A stretch of DNA of 50,734 nt from Cytophagales bacterium (GCA_038259985.1 JBBSOG010000001.1:1-50734); one strand, 5' to 3'; shown: positions 9,698 to 19,074, counted from the stretch's first letter. Numbers and translations are program-made. The notes: a model not told the origin generated them from the sequence alone.

Positions 9698-11143
9698 TTA
9701 GAGCTCTTTTTCAGGCGTAATACGCAAAATCATATCAGGACTGTTAAGCACCACATATATTGCCCCGTCAGGACTGATTTTTATATCCCGAACACGCCCA
9801 AAGTTTTTTAGGATCATTTCTTGTTTAATGACTTCTTCTCCTCCTATTACTAATCTTCTGAGTTCTTCGTAAGCGAGCGCGCCTACCAACAGGTTGTTTT
9901 GCCATTTAGGAAAAAGTGGGCTGGTGCTAAACGTTATAGGGCAAACTGCAATAGAAGGTGTCCATTGGGTGACGGGCTGTTCCATACCTTTCTGATGCGT
10001 TTTTTCGGAGACAATCTCACCGCTATAGTCTATGCCATAGGTAATTACCGGCCATCCATAATTACGGCCCTTTTGCAGAATATTTAATTCATCACCTCCC
10101 ATAGGACCATGTTCGGTAGCCCATATCTCCCCGGTGACCGGATGCTGGTCTATGCCCTGCACATTACGGTTGCCAAAGGTAAAGATAGCAGGCAGCGCCC
10201 CATCTTTATTTACAAAAGGATTGTCTTCAGGAATAGTGCCATCAGAATGAATGCGGAACACTTTTCCAGTAGCTTTACCCAGGTCTTGTGAGTCCATCGC
10301 CTGGGCCATATCACCGATAGTAAAATATAACAACCCTTCCTTATCAAACAAAAAACGGCAACCCCAGCGATTCCCTCTGACTACCAGCAGGGAGTCGGGA
10401 ACTTCGAACAGGGTTTGTTCTTCTGTCCACTGATGACCTTTGATCTTTGCCCGCACAATTTTGGTCATGGCAGGGGCCTCTTTGTTATTTAAATCCCCAT
10501 CGGTATGGCTGTAAGCCAGGTATACCCAACCGTTTTCAACATAGTCAGGGTCCAGGGCAATATCCATATAGCCCCCTGTGCTCTCGGCAAAAGTAGGGGG
10601 TAGCCCTTTGATGGCTTGGGTATCTAGTTCTCCATTGATTAGCCAGCGCAAATTTCCTGCTCTTTCGCTGATGAGGATATGGGTTTCATCTACAAATTCT
10701 ATCGCCCAAGGAGTGGCAAGGCCATCACTGACTATTTGCTCCACATTGAGTATATATTCTTCAGTATTGATTTGCCTTGGAATAGTACGGCGGGCAGACG
10801 GTGCGGTGTCCTGCGCGGCGATAACAAAATCAGCCACTGCGTTGATTTCATCATGATTTAATATTTTATTCCAGGCAGCCATTTCCGTACCCGGAATACC
10901 AAATGTGATGTTTTTGATCAGCGCTCCTTTTCCTCTTCCATAATTCCAGTCGGTTTTGATCAACGTCCCGGCAGCGCTGCCTTCAAGACGCGCGCCATGG
11001 CAACCGGCACAATACGTCTTGTAGATAGTAGCCCCGCTGGAGGGTGCCTGTTTAGGATGAGTCGCATTAGCAGGAGAAACCTGCTGAGCGTAGCATGTAA
11101 GGGAAACAAAAAGAGCAAATAAGAAACTGACTAAGTTTTTCAT
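9698..11143 (-). CDS. PQQ-dependent sugar dehydrogenase (GSDH family) with an N-terminal c-type cytochrome domain
   Basis: Likely start MKNLVSF at 11143 (signal peptide); CAGCH heme motif; GNRNVQG, EHGPMGGDELN, NYGWP and GRVRD motifs. Confidence 0.9.
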   Translation of the reverse strand: MKNLVSFLFALFVSLTCYAQQVSPANATHPKQAPSSGATIYKTYCAGCHGARLEGSAAGTLIKTDWNYGRGKGALIKNITFGIPGTEMAAWNKILNHDEINAVADFVIAAQDTAPSARRTIPRQINTEEYILNVEQIVSDGLATPWAIEFVDETHILISERAGNLRWLINGELDTQAIKGLPPTFAESTGGYMDIALDPDYVENGWVYLAYSHTDGDLNNKEAPAMTKIVRAKIKGHQWTEEQTLFEVPDSLLVVRGNRWGCRFLFDKEGLLYFTIGDMAQAMDSQDLGKATGKVFRIHSDGTIPEDNPFVNKDGALPAIFTFGNRNVQGIDQHPVTGEIWATEHGPMGGDELNILQKGRNYGWPVITYGIDYSGEIVSEKTHQKGMEQPVTQWTPSIAVCPITFSTSPLFPKWQNNLLVGALAYEELRRLVIGGEEVIKQEMILKNFGRVRDIKISPDGAIYVVLNSPDMILRITPEKEL

Positions 11144-11942
11144 CAAATCTAAGGTTAGGTAAACATAATAACGCAATGGTAAAGATACTTGATCAAGACA
11201 TGTATGTGAATTAATCAATCTGAGCAAAACACCGATGTGAGTGGGAAAAAAATTATTTACTTTTACAACATTAATACCAAATACTTAAGTATAAATAAGC
11301 GTAATGATTATCGTTCATTCTAAAATTTCTCCCATAAAATGATAAATTTTCTTTTTTAAACTAAATTTCTAAGATTGTTTTTTTAAGATTAAACTTCTTG
11401 AGAACCTAATTTCCCGCTTAAGTCAAGCAAGTTTATGGAGGAAAAGCATATTGAAATTCAGAAAGTTTGCTGTAAGTAGCGTATCTATACACCCTCAGGA
11501 ATAGTTTTCTGCTATTTTGCCCTCTACTCACGTATTATGCTGCTTTTTGCCTTGCTAACAGTAAGTCTAAAATTTATTCTCTTTTATTAATTTTATTTAA
11601 TAGTTAAATTGTTACAAATAAATGAGTAATTATTACTAGCAAAAACGATAAATCCTTTCATTAGATCTGGAATTTTATCATTAAGCATTTACCGTTGTCC
11701 GTGTAACATTTGACCCAATTCCTCCCTAAAAATTAATGACCCTGTGTTTATTTTTACCGTATAGTAAAACTACTAAATAAGAGGTTTCTGCCACTTGAAG
11801 ATATATTCCAATAAAATTTTCATGTATTCAGGTGATTCAGGAAAAATTGAAAAGGCACAAACTTGCACACTTTAGTATTGCTTTGGCAATTATTTTTTAT
11901 GTGCAAAAAAAGTAAGGTAAAGCACAATCATAAATTTTTTCT

Positions 11943-14435
11943 ATGAGCATGTTTTTGTTAATTATTATAAGTTATTTGAATGCTGACCCACACAATGCTA
12001 CTCAAATATGCATTGCGCTAGCCCATATTGCGCCAACTATATTGGGGGGTTATCTCTATTTATCTATCCCGTTTGGCATTTACTATTTAATTTTGCAAGA
12101 TAAAAAAGCAAAAAATATTCTTCCTTACCTGCTTGTATTGATAGCCATTCTGATTTTACTCGGATTGCTGCATACAGCCGATATCCCTGTTATGGCAAGC
12201 CTAACCGGAATTAGCGGTGTTTTTTCTATAATGGTAGCAGGAATATTAAGTTTTAGGACTATCACAAAAATTGTTCGCACCAACTCTTCCGCCAAGCTTA
12301 ATACCATTAATGAACAGCTGAAAAAAGAAGTAGAGGAAAGGGAAAAAGCGGAAAATAAGCTTGAAGAACATAAAGAAAACCTTGAGTACCTGGTTCAGCA
12401 AAGAACCCTTGAACTTGAGAATACTACCAAGCAACTTCAAAAAGAGATCAATGAACATAAAGAAGCGCAAGCCCAAATAAATCTCCAAACGTCGCTGCTG
12501 GAGCAGGTAGATAGTGCCATCGTGGCAACAGATATGAACCATCATATTATCTACTGGAACCAATGCGCGCAGAACCTTTTTGGATGGAAAAGTAGCGAAG
12601 TACTGGGAAAGCCTGCTCTGGAAGTAATGATCCGTCAAGAGCACAGGACCGCAGGAAAACGATTTCTGCAAAAGCTAAGTGAAAGAAATTCTTGGTCAGG
12701 GGATTTTACAGTCCCCCACGCATCAGGACGCAAAATTCCGGTAGAACTTAGTTGCTCTGCTCTTTCTGACACTTATGGGTCACAAATCGGCTTTACCTGT
12801 GTCGCTGTGGATATCACCGATCACGTGAGATTTGAGCGGAAACTTCAGCGTGAAAAAGAAAAAGCCATAAGGCAGGCACATGCCAAACAAGACTTTTTGG
12901 CTACCATGAGCCATGAAATACGTACGCCGCTGAATGTCATCGTTGGCATGACCCGTCTCTTAAAAGATGCCAATCCTACCAAGGGCCAGCAGGAATACCT
13001 GAAAAGCCTTGAGTTTTCTGCTAATCACCTGCTTACTATCATCAACGATGTGCTTGATTTGGCTAAAATTGATGCCGGAAAGATCAAGTTTGAGAATATC
13101 AGCTTTGATGTAAACAATGTAATTGAAGGCGTGAAGAATGCTTTCTCGATCCGGGCAAAAGAAAAAAACATTGATCTAAGGGTAAAAGTAGATAAAAAGC
13201 TACCAAACTATCTATTGGGCGATCAGCTGAGGTTAACGCAGGTTCTAAACAACCTGGTAAGCAATGCTTTGAAGTTTACCAATGAAGGTTTCATTACCGT
13301 CAGGGTACATGTCTTGGATATTAAGCAAAGTAAAATCAAACTCCTTTTTGAAGTAAGCGACAGTGGCATTGGCATCCCCGAAAGTAAGCTAGGGCAGATA
13401 TTTGACAATTTTACCCAGGCTCAGGAAGACACCAGCCGTAAATACGGAGGAACTGGCCTTGGCCTGACGATTTGTAAAAAATTGGTGGATTTACAAAAAG
13501 GTACTATCAATGTAAAAAGCAAAGAGGGTATCGGCAGTACTTTTAGTTTTGAGTTGGACTACGAACTTGACCTTTCGGAACCCCATGTGCAGGAATCAGC
13601 GGATGACATACAGTATTCTTTACAGGACATCCGTTTACTGCTGGTAGACGATAATCATGCAAACCGTATTGTAGCCTCTAATTTCCTCAACAAGATGGGC
13701 GTGCGGGTAGATTTTGCGGAAAATGGTGAACAGGCAGTGCGTATCGTACAGACCCAGGCATTTGATATTGTGCTGATGGATCTTCAAATGCCGGTGATGG
13801 ATGGGTACGAAACTACAGAAGCCATCCGAAAGTTGGGCGATAAGTACCAAGATCTCCCCATTGTCGCTCTTACCGCGGATGTAGTATCTGATGTACGCCA
13901 AAAAGTATTTGACTCAGGCATGAATGACTATCTGGCGAAGCCCTTCAAACCGGAGCAGTTGAACACCACTATCGCCAAAAACCTTCATCTTGAAGGTATA
14001 CCGATTTCAGCAGACAATACAAATGCTAGAAGCATCAGCCAGGATGGAGCAAGCCAGAAAGAAGAAGAGCAAATGACACTCTCCCAGATCCTAACTGAAT
14101 ATAGTGATGACAGGAAGTTTGTTACTACCCTACTCGATACACTGAAAAGCAGTTTTCAGCAACTCCCCTACCAAATCAGGGAGACCGTTATCCAACGGGA
14201 CGTACCCGCCCTTCGTGGAATGATCCATAAGCTTCAGCCTTCCATCAAAATGGTTGAAAATGAGGAACTTTATCAAAAGCTAAATGCGCTCAGGGAAGCG
14301 ATCTCCAAAGAGGAAATCAATGACACCGAAATTGATAGACTTGTGGACGATGTTCGCGAGGCCTCCAATACATCGGTCTATTATCTGGACCGCTTGTACA
14401 AGAAAGCCCAAAAGCAGGACTTAAATCTGACCTGA
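11943..14435 (+). CDS. Hybrid sensor kinase (TM sensor, coiled coil, PAS, HisKA, HATPase, REC, Hpt-like)
   Basis: FLATMSHEIRTPL, NLVSNALKFT, GGTGLGL, LLVDDN...DLQMPVMDG, and C-terminal IHKLQPS. Confidence 0.93.
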   Translation: MSMFLLIIISYLNADPHNATQICIALAHIAPTILGGYLYLSIPFGIYYLILQDKKAKNILPYLLVLIAILILLGLLHTADIPVMASLTGISGVFSIMVAGILSFRTITKIVRTNSSAKLNTINEQLKKEVEEREKAENKLEEHKENLEYLVQQRTLELENTTKQLQKEINEHKEAQAQINLQTSLLEQVDSAIVATDMNHHIIYWNQCAQNLFGWKSSEVLGKPALEVMIRQEHRTAGKRFLQKLSERNSWSGDFTVPHASGRKIPVELSCSALSDTYGSQIGFTCVAVDITDHVRFERKLQREKEKAIRQAHAKQDFLATMSHEIRTPLNVIVGMTRLLKDANPTKGQQEYLKSLEFSANHLLTIINDVLDLAKIDAGKIKFENISFDVNNVIEGVKNAFSIRAKEKNIDLRVKVDKKLPNYLLGDQLRLTQVLNNLVSNALKFTNEGFITVRVHVLDIKQSKIKLLFEVSDSGIGIPESKLGQIFDNFTQAQEDTSRKYGGTGLGLTICKKLVDLQKGTINVKSKEGIGSTFSFELDYELDLSEPHVQESADDIQYSLQDIRLLLVDDNHANRIVASNFLNKMGVRVDFAENGEQAVRIVQTQAFDIVLMDLQMPVMDGYETTEAIRKLGDKYQDLPIVALTADVVSDVRQKVFDSGMNDYLAKPFKPEQLNTTIAKNLHLEGIPISADNTNARSISQDGASQKEEEQMTLSQILTEYSDDRKFVTTLLDTLKSSFQQLPYQIRETVIQRDVPALRGMIHKLQPSIKMVENEELYQKLNALREAISKEEINDTEIDRLVDDVREASNTSVYYLDRLYKKAQKQDLNLT

Positions 14436-14499
14436 AACATAAAAGTTTGATGTTTTCCTGCTAATTTCGTTAGTTGTATCTAACTAAACCACTAACGAG

Positions 14500-15303
14500 A
14501 TGAAGACAATCCAATTATTATGCTGCCTAAGTGCCTGTGTATACTTTTCCTGTAATTCTCCCAGCGAGGAAAATACGGCAGAAACGGATAACACGGGTCA
14601 AAAAGAAACTAACCCTGCTGCCAAGGGATTCAATGAAACTGCTTCTGATCCTGAAGCCATTGCAATCGCTGATAAAGTCATGGAAGCTATGGGAGGCCGT
14701 ACTGCCTGGGATAATACCCGCTATCTTCGCTGGAATTTTTTCGGCCGCCGTACACTTCTCTGGGATAAGCAAACGGGTGATGTGCGCATAGACGTACCCG
14801 CTGACTCTGCCATTTATGTCATTAATGTCAACGAAGACGGAGGCCAGGTGATGATGGGGGGCGAGGAAATTACTAACCCTGATTCTCTAGCCAAATATGT
14901 GGAAGCAGGAAAGAAAATATGGGTCAACGACAGCTATTGGCTCGTTATGCCTTACAAACTGAAAGACAGCGGAGTGACTTTGACCTATGCTGGGGAAGAC
15001 ACCATGCAAACCGGCGCAATGGCCGATGTGCTGGAAATGAAGTTTGAGAATGTAGGCTTCACCCCGCAAAACAGATACGAAGTATACGTAGATAAGAGTG
15101 ACAATCTGGTTAAGCAATGGGCGTATTACAGCGAGGCGACTTTGGACTCACCCAATTTCATTACACCCTGGATTGATTATCAGGAATACGACGGTATCAT
15201 GCTCTCCGGTAACCGAGGAAAAAACAAATTATCTGATATTGATGTGCTTGATTCAATTCCCCGCCAGGAAGCATTCGCTTTGCAGCCCTTTGAAATGAAT
15301 TAG
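14500..15303 (+). CDS. Conserved hypothetical lipoprotein
   Basis: Lipobox YFSC; AIADKVMEAMGG...W and WVNDSYWLVMPYKLKDSGV motifs resemble a widespread uncharacterised lipoprotein family. Confidence 0.75.
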   Translation: MKTIQLLCCLSACVYFSCNSPSEENTAETDNTGQKETNPAAKGFNETASDPEAIAIADKVMEAMGGRTAWDNTRYLRWNFFGRRTLLWDKQTGDVRIDVPADSAIYVINVNEDGGQVMMGGEEITNPDSLAKYVEAGKKIWVNDSYWLVMPYKLKDSGVTLTYAGEDTMQTGAMADVLEMKFENVGFTPQNRYEVYVDKSDNLVKQWAYYSEATLDSPNFITPWIDYQEYDGIMLSGNRGKNKLSDIDVLDSIPRQEAFALQPFEMN

Positions 15304-15350
15304 ACAATAACAGCGTTTTTCGTAGTGATCATCTATCGGCGCATCGCCCA

Positions 15351-16580
15351 TTATACACGAGCGGGCTTGGATACTTTATTACGCACCAACGCCATATATA
15401 GCCATAGGCAGGAGGCTACGAGGTAGGCTGCTCCTATGGCCAGGATGGCAGATGTCCAGATACCACCAAAATATAGCAGAGCGGCGGTAGTTAAACAGAT
15501 GCGTACAACTTCCAGGGGCAATATCTTCCTGGGTATTTCAAACATACTGCCCAGGCTGATCAGGGAAAGCAGGATCAGGCAGGTGATGCATACTTTTTCT
15601 ATCATGTCCAGTTGGCCTTCATTGAAAAGAAAAAGAGCTGTACCTGCCAAAGCCAGCAGGAACTGGAAGAAAATATAATAATGCAGTCGAGCTTCCCCTT
15701 TAGCGTCATATTTTGAATAGGTGCTTTTGTCTACTTCCTGTGCTGCCTGATAACCTCCCAGGGCTTGAGGCTGCCAGCCGGGCTTGTTAAATAATATCCT
15801 CATACGGTCCGTCCAGTTCGGAGTCTGCCCGAGCTGCTTGCCCATAGCTGCATAAGGCTTGAGGTTGGCCCATACTGGGTTCCAGGTATTGGTAGGTTGA
15901 GTGACGCCATAGGTAGGTTTTTCCTCTTCCTGCTGAAATGTACCGAACAGCCTGTCCCAGATGATAAACACCCCTGCATGGTTTTTATCAATGTATTTGG
16001 GGTCGCGCCCATGATGTACCCGATGATGGGAAGGTGTATTAAACACCCACTCAAACCAACCCAGTTTGTTAATAGTTTCGGTATGTATCCAAAACTGGTA
16101 GAGGGTAACGAAAGCTGAAACGGTCACAAAAGTAAGCGTATCAAAGCCGATGACTGCCAGCGGTAGATAAAAGACTGACGTCCAAAGCGTTTGGAATGAG
16201 CCTTGGCGCAGCGCTACCGAAAGATTATAATCTTCGCTCTGATGGTGTACCACATGCCCGCCCCAGAAGAGATTGACCTCATGGCTCATCCGGTGTGCCC
16301 AGTAGTAGCAGAAGTCCGTCAGCACAAACAGAATAGCGATGCTCCACCAGTTGACCGGGATTGTTGAAATGGATAAATACGCATAGATCAACTGATAGAG
16401 GGCGACCACCAGCACTTTAAAAAATAAGCCGGTGACCTGCTGGGTCACGCCACAGCCAATATTGGCTAAAGCATCATTGAAGCGGTACAACTTTTTCTTT
16501 TGCACCCACTGAATGATCAGCTCAACGCCGATGAGCAGAAAGTAGATAGGAATGGAAAGGATAATAGGGTTAAAATCCAT
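15351..16580 (-). CDS. Fatty-acid hydroxylase/sterol desaturase family protein, alkylglycerol monooxygenase-like
   Basis: His boxes YYWAHRMSH, HVVHHQSEDYNLSVALRQ, QFWIHTE and HHRVHHG, plus a C-terminal TM extension. Confidence 0.88.
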   Translation of the reverse strand: MDFNPIILSIPIYFLLIGVELIIQWVQKKKLYRFNDALANIGCGVTQQVTGLFFKVLVVALYQLIYAYLSISTIPVNWWSIAILFVLTDFCYYWAHRMSHEVNLFWGGHVVHHQSEDYNLSVALRQGSFQTLWTSVFYLPLAVIGFDTLTFVTVSAFVTLYQFWIHTETINKLGWFEWVFNTPSHHRVHHGRDPKYIDKNHAGVFIIWDRLFGTFQQEEEKPTYGVTQPTNTWNPVWANLKPYAAMGKQLGQTPNWTDRMRILFNKPGWQPQALGGYQAAQEVDKSTYSKYDAKGEARLHYYIFFQFLLALAGTALFLFNEGQLDMIEKVCITCLILLSLISLGSMFEIPRKILPLEVVRICLTTAALLYFGGIWTSAILAIGAAYLVASCLWLYMALVRNKVSKPARV

Positions 16581-16736
16581 GCGCTAAGGATATAAATAAG
16601 CTCAATAATTCTTGCTTGCCGTAAAACAAAAAATTACAAGAATCCGATCATTTTACCTTCACTTTCATTGCAAATCATCCCTGTACAAAATTCTTGTGCT
16701 GCCAGGGCATTATAAATGCCTGACTAAGATAAAAGC

Positions 16737-16860
16737 GCATAACATATGCGCTTTAGCGGGTAAAGCAGCTAATTTACTCGCCCTCTCTGACTTAAGTTAC
16801 TTTTTAACTTAAGCCTTTGGATAAGCCCCACTGCGGGAAGCTCGCTCGATGTTAGCCCTC
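16737..16860 (-). repeat. attC-like site A (3' boundary of the MntA-HepT cassette), degenerate
   Basis: On the minus strand it begins GGGCTAAC, overlapping the HepT stop codon, and ends GTTATGC. The ends share the inverted repeat TAACAT...ATGTTA. Confidence 0.5.
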
Positions 16861-17227
16861 GTTTCCCCTTTCTTGGTCTAGTAGGTTCTCCAATTGAATC
16901 TTGTTTTCTATTAGATGGTCTTCTGCAATTTCCCATAAAATCTGAGGATCAATGATATGATACTCATGGACTGCAAAGTTTCTAAGTCGCAGCGGCGAAC
17001 CGTCCGTACATCTGTCTCCAAGGTAGTTCTGAATACTTATCTTTAATTGATTTGGGTATCTGATTGGCTGCTTCTCCTATAATTTCATAGTTCCGAGTGA
17101 CTGCATCTATTACCATTTCGTTTTGCAAAAAATCTGCAAGTCCATCTACTGTATCCAAATACCTGATAATCTTATCTGTAGCTTCAATCATATCTTCTAT
17201 ATAAGCCAGATAGTCCCTCTTTTTCAT
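16852..17227 (-). pseudogene. HepT-like (DUF86, HEPN) RNase toxin, frameshifted by a 16-bp insertion
   Basis: MKKRDYLAYIEDM...DAVTRNYEIIGEAA...PWRQMYG, then a 16-nt insert (16987-17002), then in another frame LRNFAVHEYHIIDPQILWEIAEDHL...EG* (stop 16852-16854). Confidence 0.88.
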
Positions 17228-17514
17228 ATGTACTTGACTTGCGCTAATACGGCTTGTTTCCACTGTTTCCTCAATGATCTTTCGGTTACCAAATCAACCT
17301 TCCTGCCAATTAAAGATTCAAGATAGTCTTTCAGATCAAAGAATTTCCATCCAATCTTCTTATTAAAGCTCACTAAAATATCTACATCAGAATCAATGCT
17401 GTAGTTACCATTGGCAAATGATCCAAAATAACCAATTTGGTCAATACCAAATTCATCCTGCAAATAAGGCTTTGCTTCTTTGATTTTATTTTCTATCTCT
17501 AGTCGGGTTTCCAT
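17224..17514 (-). CDS. MntA-like minimal nucleotidyltransferase antitoxin
   Basis: GYFGSFANG...SDVDILV (GS-x10-DxD), LESLIGRKVDLVT; ATGA overlap with the HepT gene. Confidence 0.92.
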   Translation of the reverse strand: METRLEIENKIKEAKPYLQDEFGIDQIGYFGSFANGNYSIDSDVDILVSFNKKIGWKFFDLKDYLESLIGRKVDLVTERSLRKQWKQAVLAQVKYI

Positions 17515-17551
17515 ATTTTAAAATAGTTCTTTTTCTTATGGTTCCAATGAA

Positions 17552-17684
17552 GGCTAACGTTCTATGCAGCCATCAGGCCAACTTGTTTGCGTTTTGTCAT
17601 TCAATGAGCAACAATAGTGCTTGGAGAAACTAGCCTCCGAGTACGTTTCAAACAGGGCTGGCTACTGCATAGTGCTGGTGGTAA
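17552..17684 (-). repeat. attC-like site B between the two cassettes
   Basis: Minus strand: TTACCACCAGC-ACTATGCAG...CTGCATAG-AAC-GTTAGCC. Contains a perfect CTATGCAG/CTGCATAG inverted repeat and a further TGTTTG/CAAACA pair, and starts 3 nt after the upstream stop codon. Confidence 0.65.
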
Positions 17685-17687
17685 CTT

Positions 17688-18308
17688 TCATTCTCTATCG
17701 TCAGTCAATCTTTCAATTAAATCGGTAAGTTCTTCATCTTTTTTTGGGCCTGTATCAACATGCGAGAGGTAATTTTGTGTGTTGGGTGCCCAATCAAAAT
17801 ATGCCCCTACTTTCCGTATTTTCATTTCTTCCTCTTGATATTTTGTTAAGGTTAGTATTTGCTCAAATATTTTTATAGGGGCTTCATCAACAGATTCAGC
17901 ATAAATTTGCAGACGGTATTCTCCTGCTAGAAAACTATAGTTCGTACCATCTTTTGGCATATAAAAATGATGTGCACACACTACCCCATTCTTATTTACA
18001 AAAAGTCCGCTCCCCCTTACAGGTTCATGGTTGTTCTCTCTGTAAACCCAAACGTTAAAGTTTTGAACTGACTCACTTCTTTGCAATCGAATGTACATAT
18101 TCTGAACATACTTCCCTTTGTCAGACGTGCTGTACAGTAAAGTTCTGATGTATATTTTAGGTGGGCCTTTTCCTATCTGATCAGGTCCAAGTTAGATAGT
18201 AGTTGGCCTTGTCATTTTTATTATACCACTCTTTACTCTTGTCAGCCAAAATGTTAATCCTGAGATTACCAGTGCCAATGTTGATACAATAAACGCGATA
18301 TATTCCAT
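17688..18308 (-). pseudogene. Hypothetical membrane-anchored protein interrupted by an in-frame stop
   Basis: ATG at 18308 gives MEYIAFIVSTLALVISGLTFWLTRVKSG...PTTI*; the TAA at 18192-18194 is followed in the same frame by LGPDQIGKGPPKIYIRTLL..., which runs into the 136-aa ORF-track ORF. Confidence 0.75.
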
Positions 18309-18318
18309 TCTTTCTTAA

Positions 18319-18355
18319 TTACCGCTAACAACCTTATAAAATGCATTACGCATTT
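18319..18355 (-). other. attI-like or secondary insertion site at the 5' boundary of the cassette array
   Basis: Minus strand AAATGCGTAATGCATTTTATAAGGTTG|TTAGCGGTAA: a GTT core about 20 nt upstream of the first cassette ATG, with no long attC palindrome. Confidence 0.45.
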
Positions 18356-19037
18356 CATCCACAATACCTCTCCAATATACGATATAATGCCTTTTCATTT
18401 ACATTCAGGGTGACTTTGTGTGAAGATACTATAATTAGAGTTATATCCGTTTTGAATGTTTGCCAGCGTTTGTTTCCTCTCTGGCATCAGTACCTACACC
18501 CCAACTATTTGCCCTTAAAATTTACTATAAGCTAAGCCTACGGTCACTTTTCATTAGTGAAATGTCATCTTAGGGTAGCCCTACGTTCTTAGATCAAGTA
18601 CAAAATGTGTATGAAGGGTAGTTGCTAGGTCATTTTTCAGGTACTAAAAGGGTAGGCAGGGTAGGTCTAAGGTCAATTTTAGCGATGAAAAGTGACCTTA
18701 CAGGGCTTGCTTGTACCTACATTAAGTATAAAATGGGTGCTTCGTGTAATAAACACTCACTTTTTACTATCGTGATGTAAGGTGTATGTAGGGCAACGGT
18801 CATTTTTTCAATTGTTTTTTAACAGCTATACCCCCTCTACAGCCTGTTTTGAGCGATGGATTCACTACCGTAGCAAATAGTACGGATGCATGTTCTGTGC
18901 TCAATGAGGTTAGTATACATCATCTTTATAGCCGGAACACTTGATGTGAGGTATTGCATGGTGCTTATGGCTGTCAGCCTGGCTGAAGCAGGGCGATTTT
19001 CTAACGCTATTTATGGTATTTTTCCCAAAAAAGACCC

Positions 19038-19045
19038 TAAGTTTG
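19038..19045 (+). promoter_or_regulatory. -7 promoter box
   Basis: TAAGTTTG, 30 bp upstream of ATG 19075. Confidence 0.6.
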
Positions 19046-19074
19046 CAGCCATTTTGTACTTCATTCAAGGTCTT

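Noticed and set aside
16732-16760. AAAGCGCATAA resembles the XerC arm of a dif site
   Set aside because: No XerD arm (TTATGTTAAAT-like) follows a 6-bp spacer. It is a local palindrome (AAAGCGCATA-ACA-TATGCGCTTT) better explained as the end of site A.
16982-17263. ORF-track 93-aa protein taken as an intact gene
   Set aside because: The start is overextended into mntA and the C-terminus (RFAAAT) comes from the 16-bp insertion, so it is annotated as a pseudogene instead.
18341-18535. 64-aa ORF next to the attI-like site as a possible integrase fragment
   Set aside because: No tyrosine-recombinase motifs (R...HxxR...Y) are visible and the composition is not protein-like.
18542-18810. Repeated motif considered as a CRISPR array
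   Set aside because: Repeats are only 10-13 bp, irregularly spaced and in both orientations, and there are no cas genes.
18886-19074. N-terminal extension of the 224-aa membrane ORF
   Set aside because: A consensus -7 box at 19038 lies inside it, so ATG 19075 is the more plausible start.
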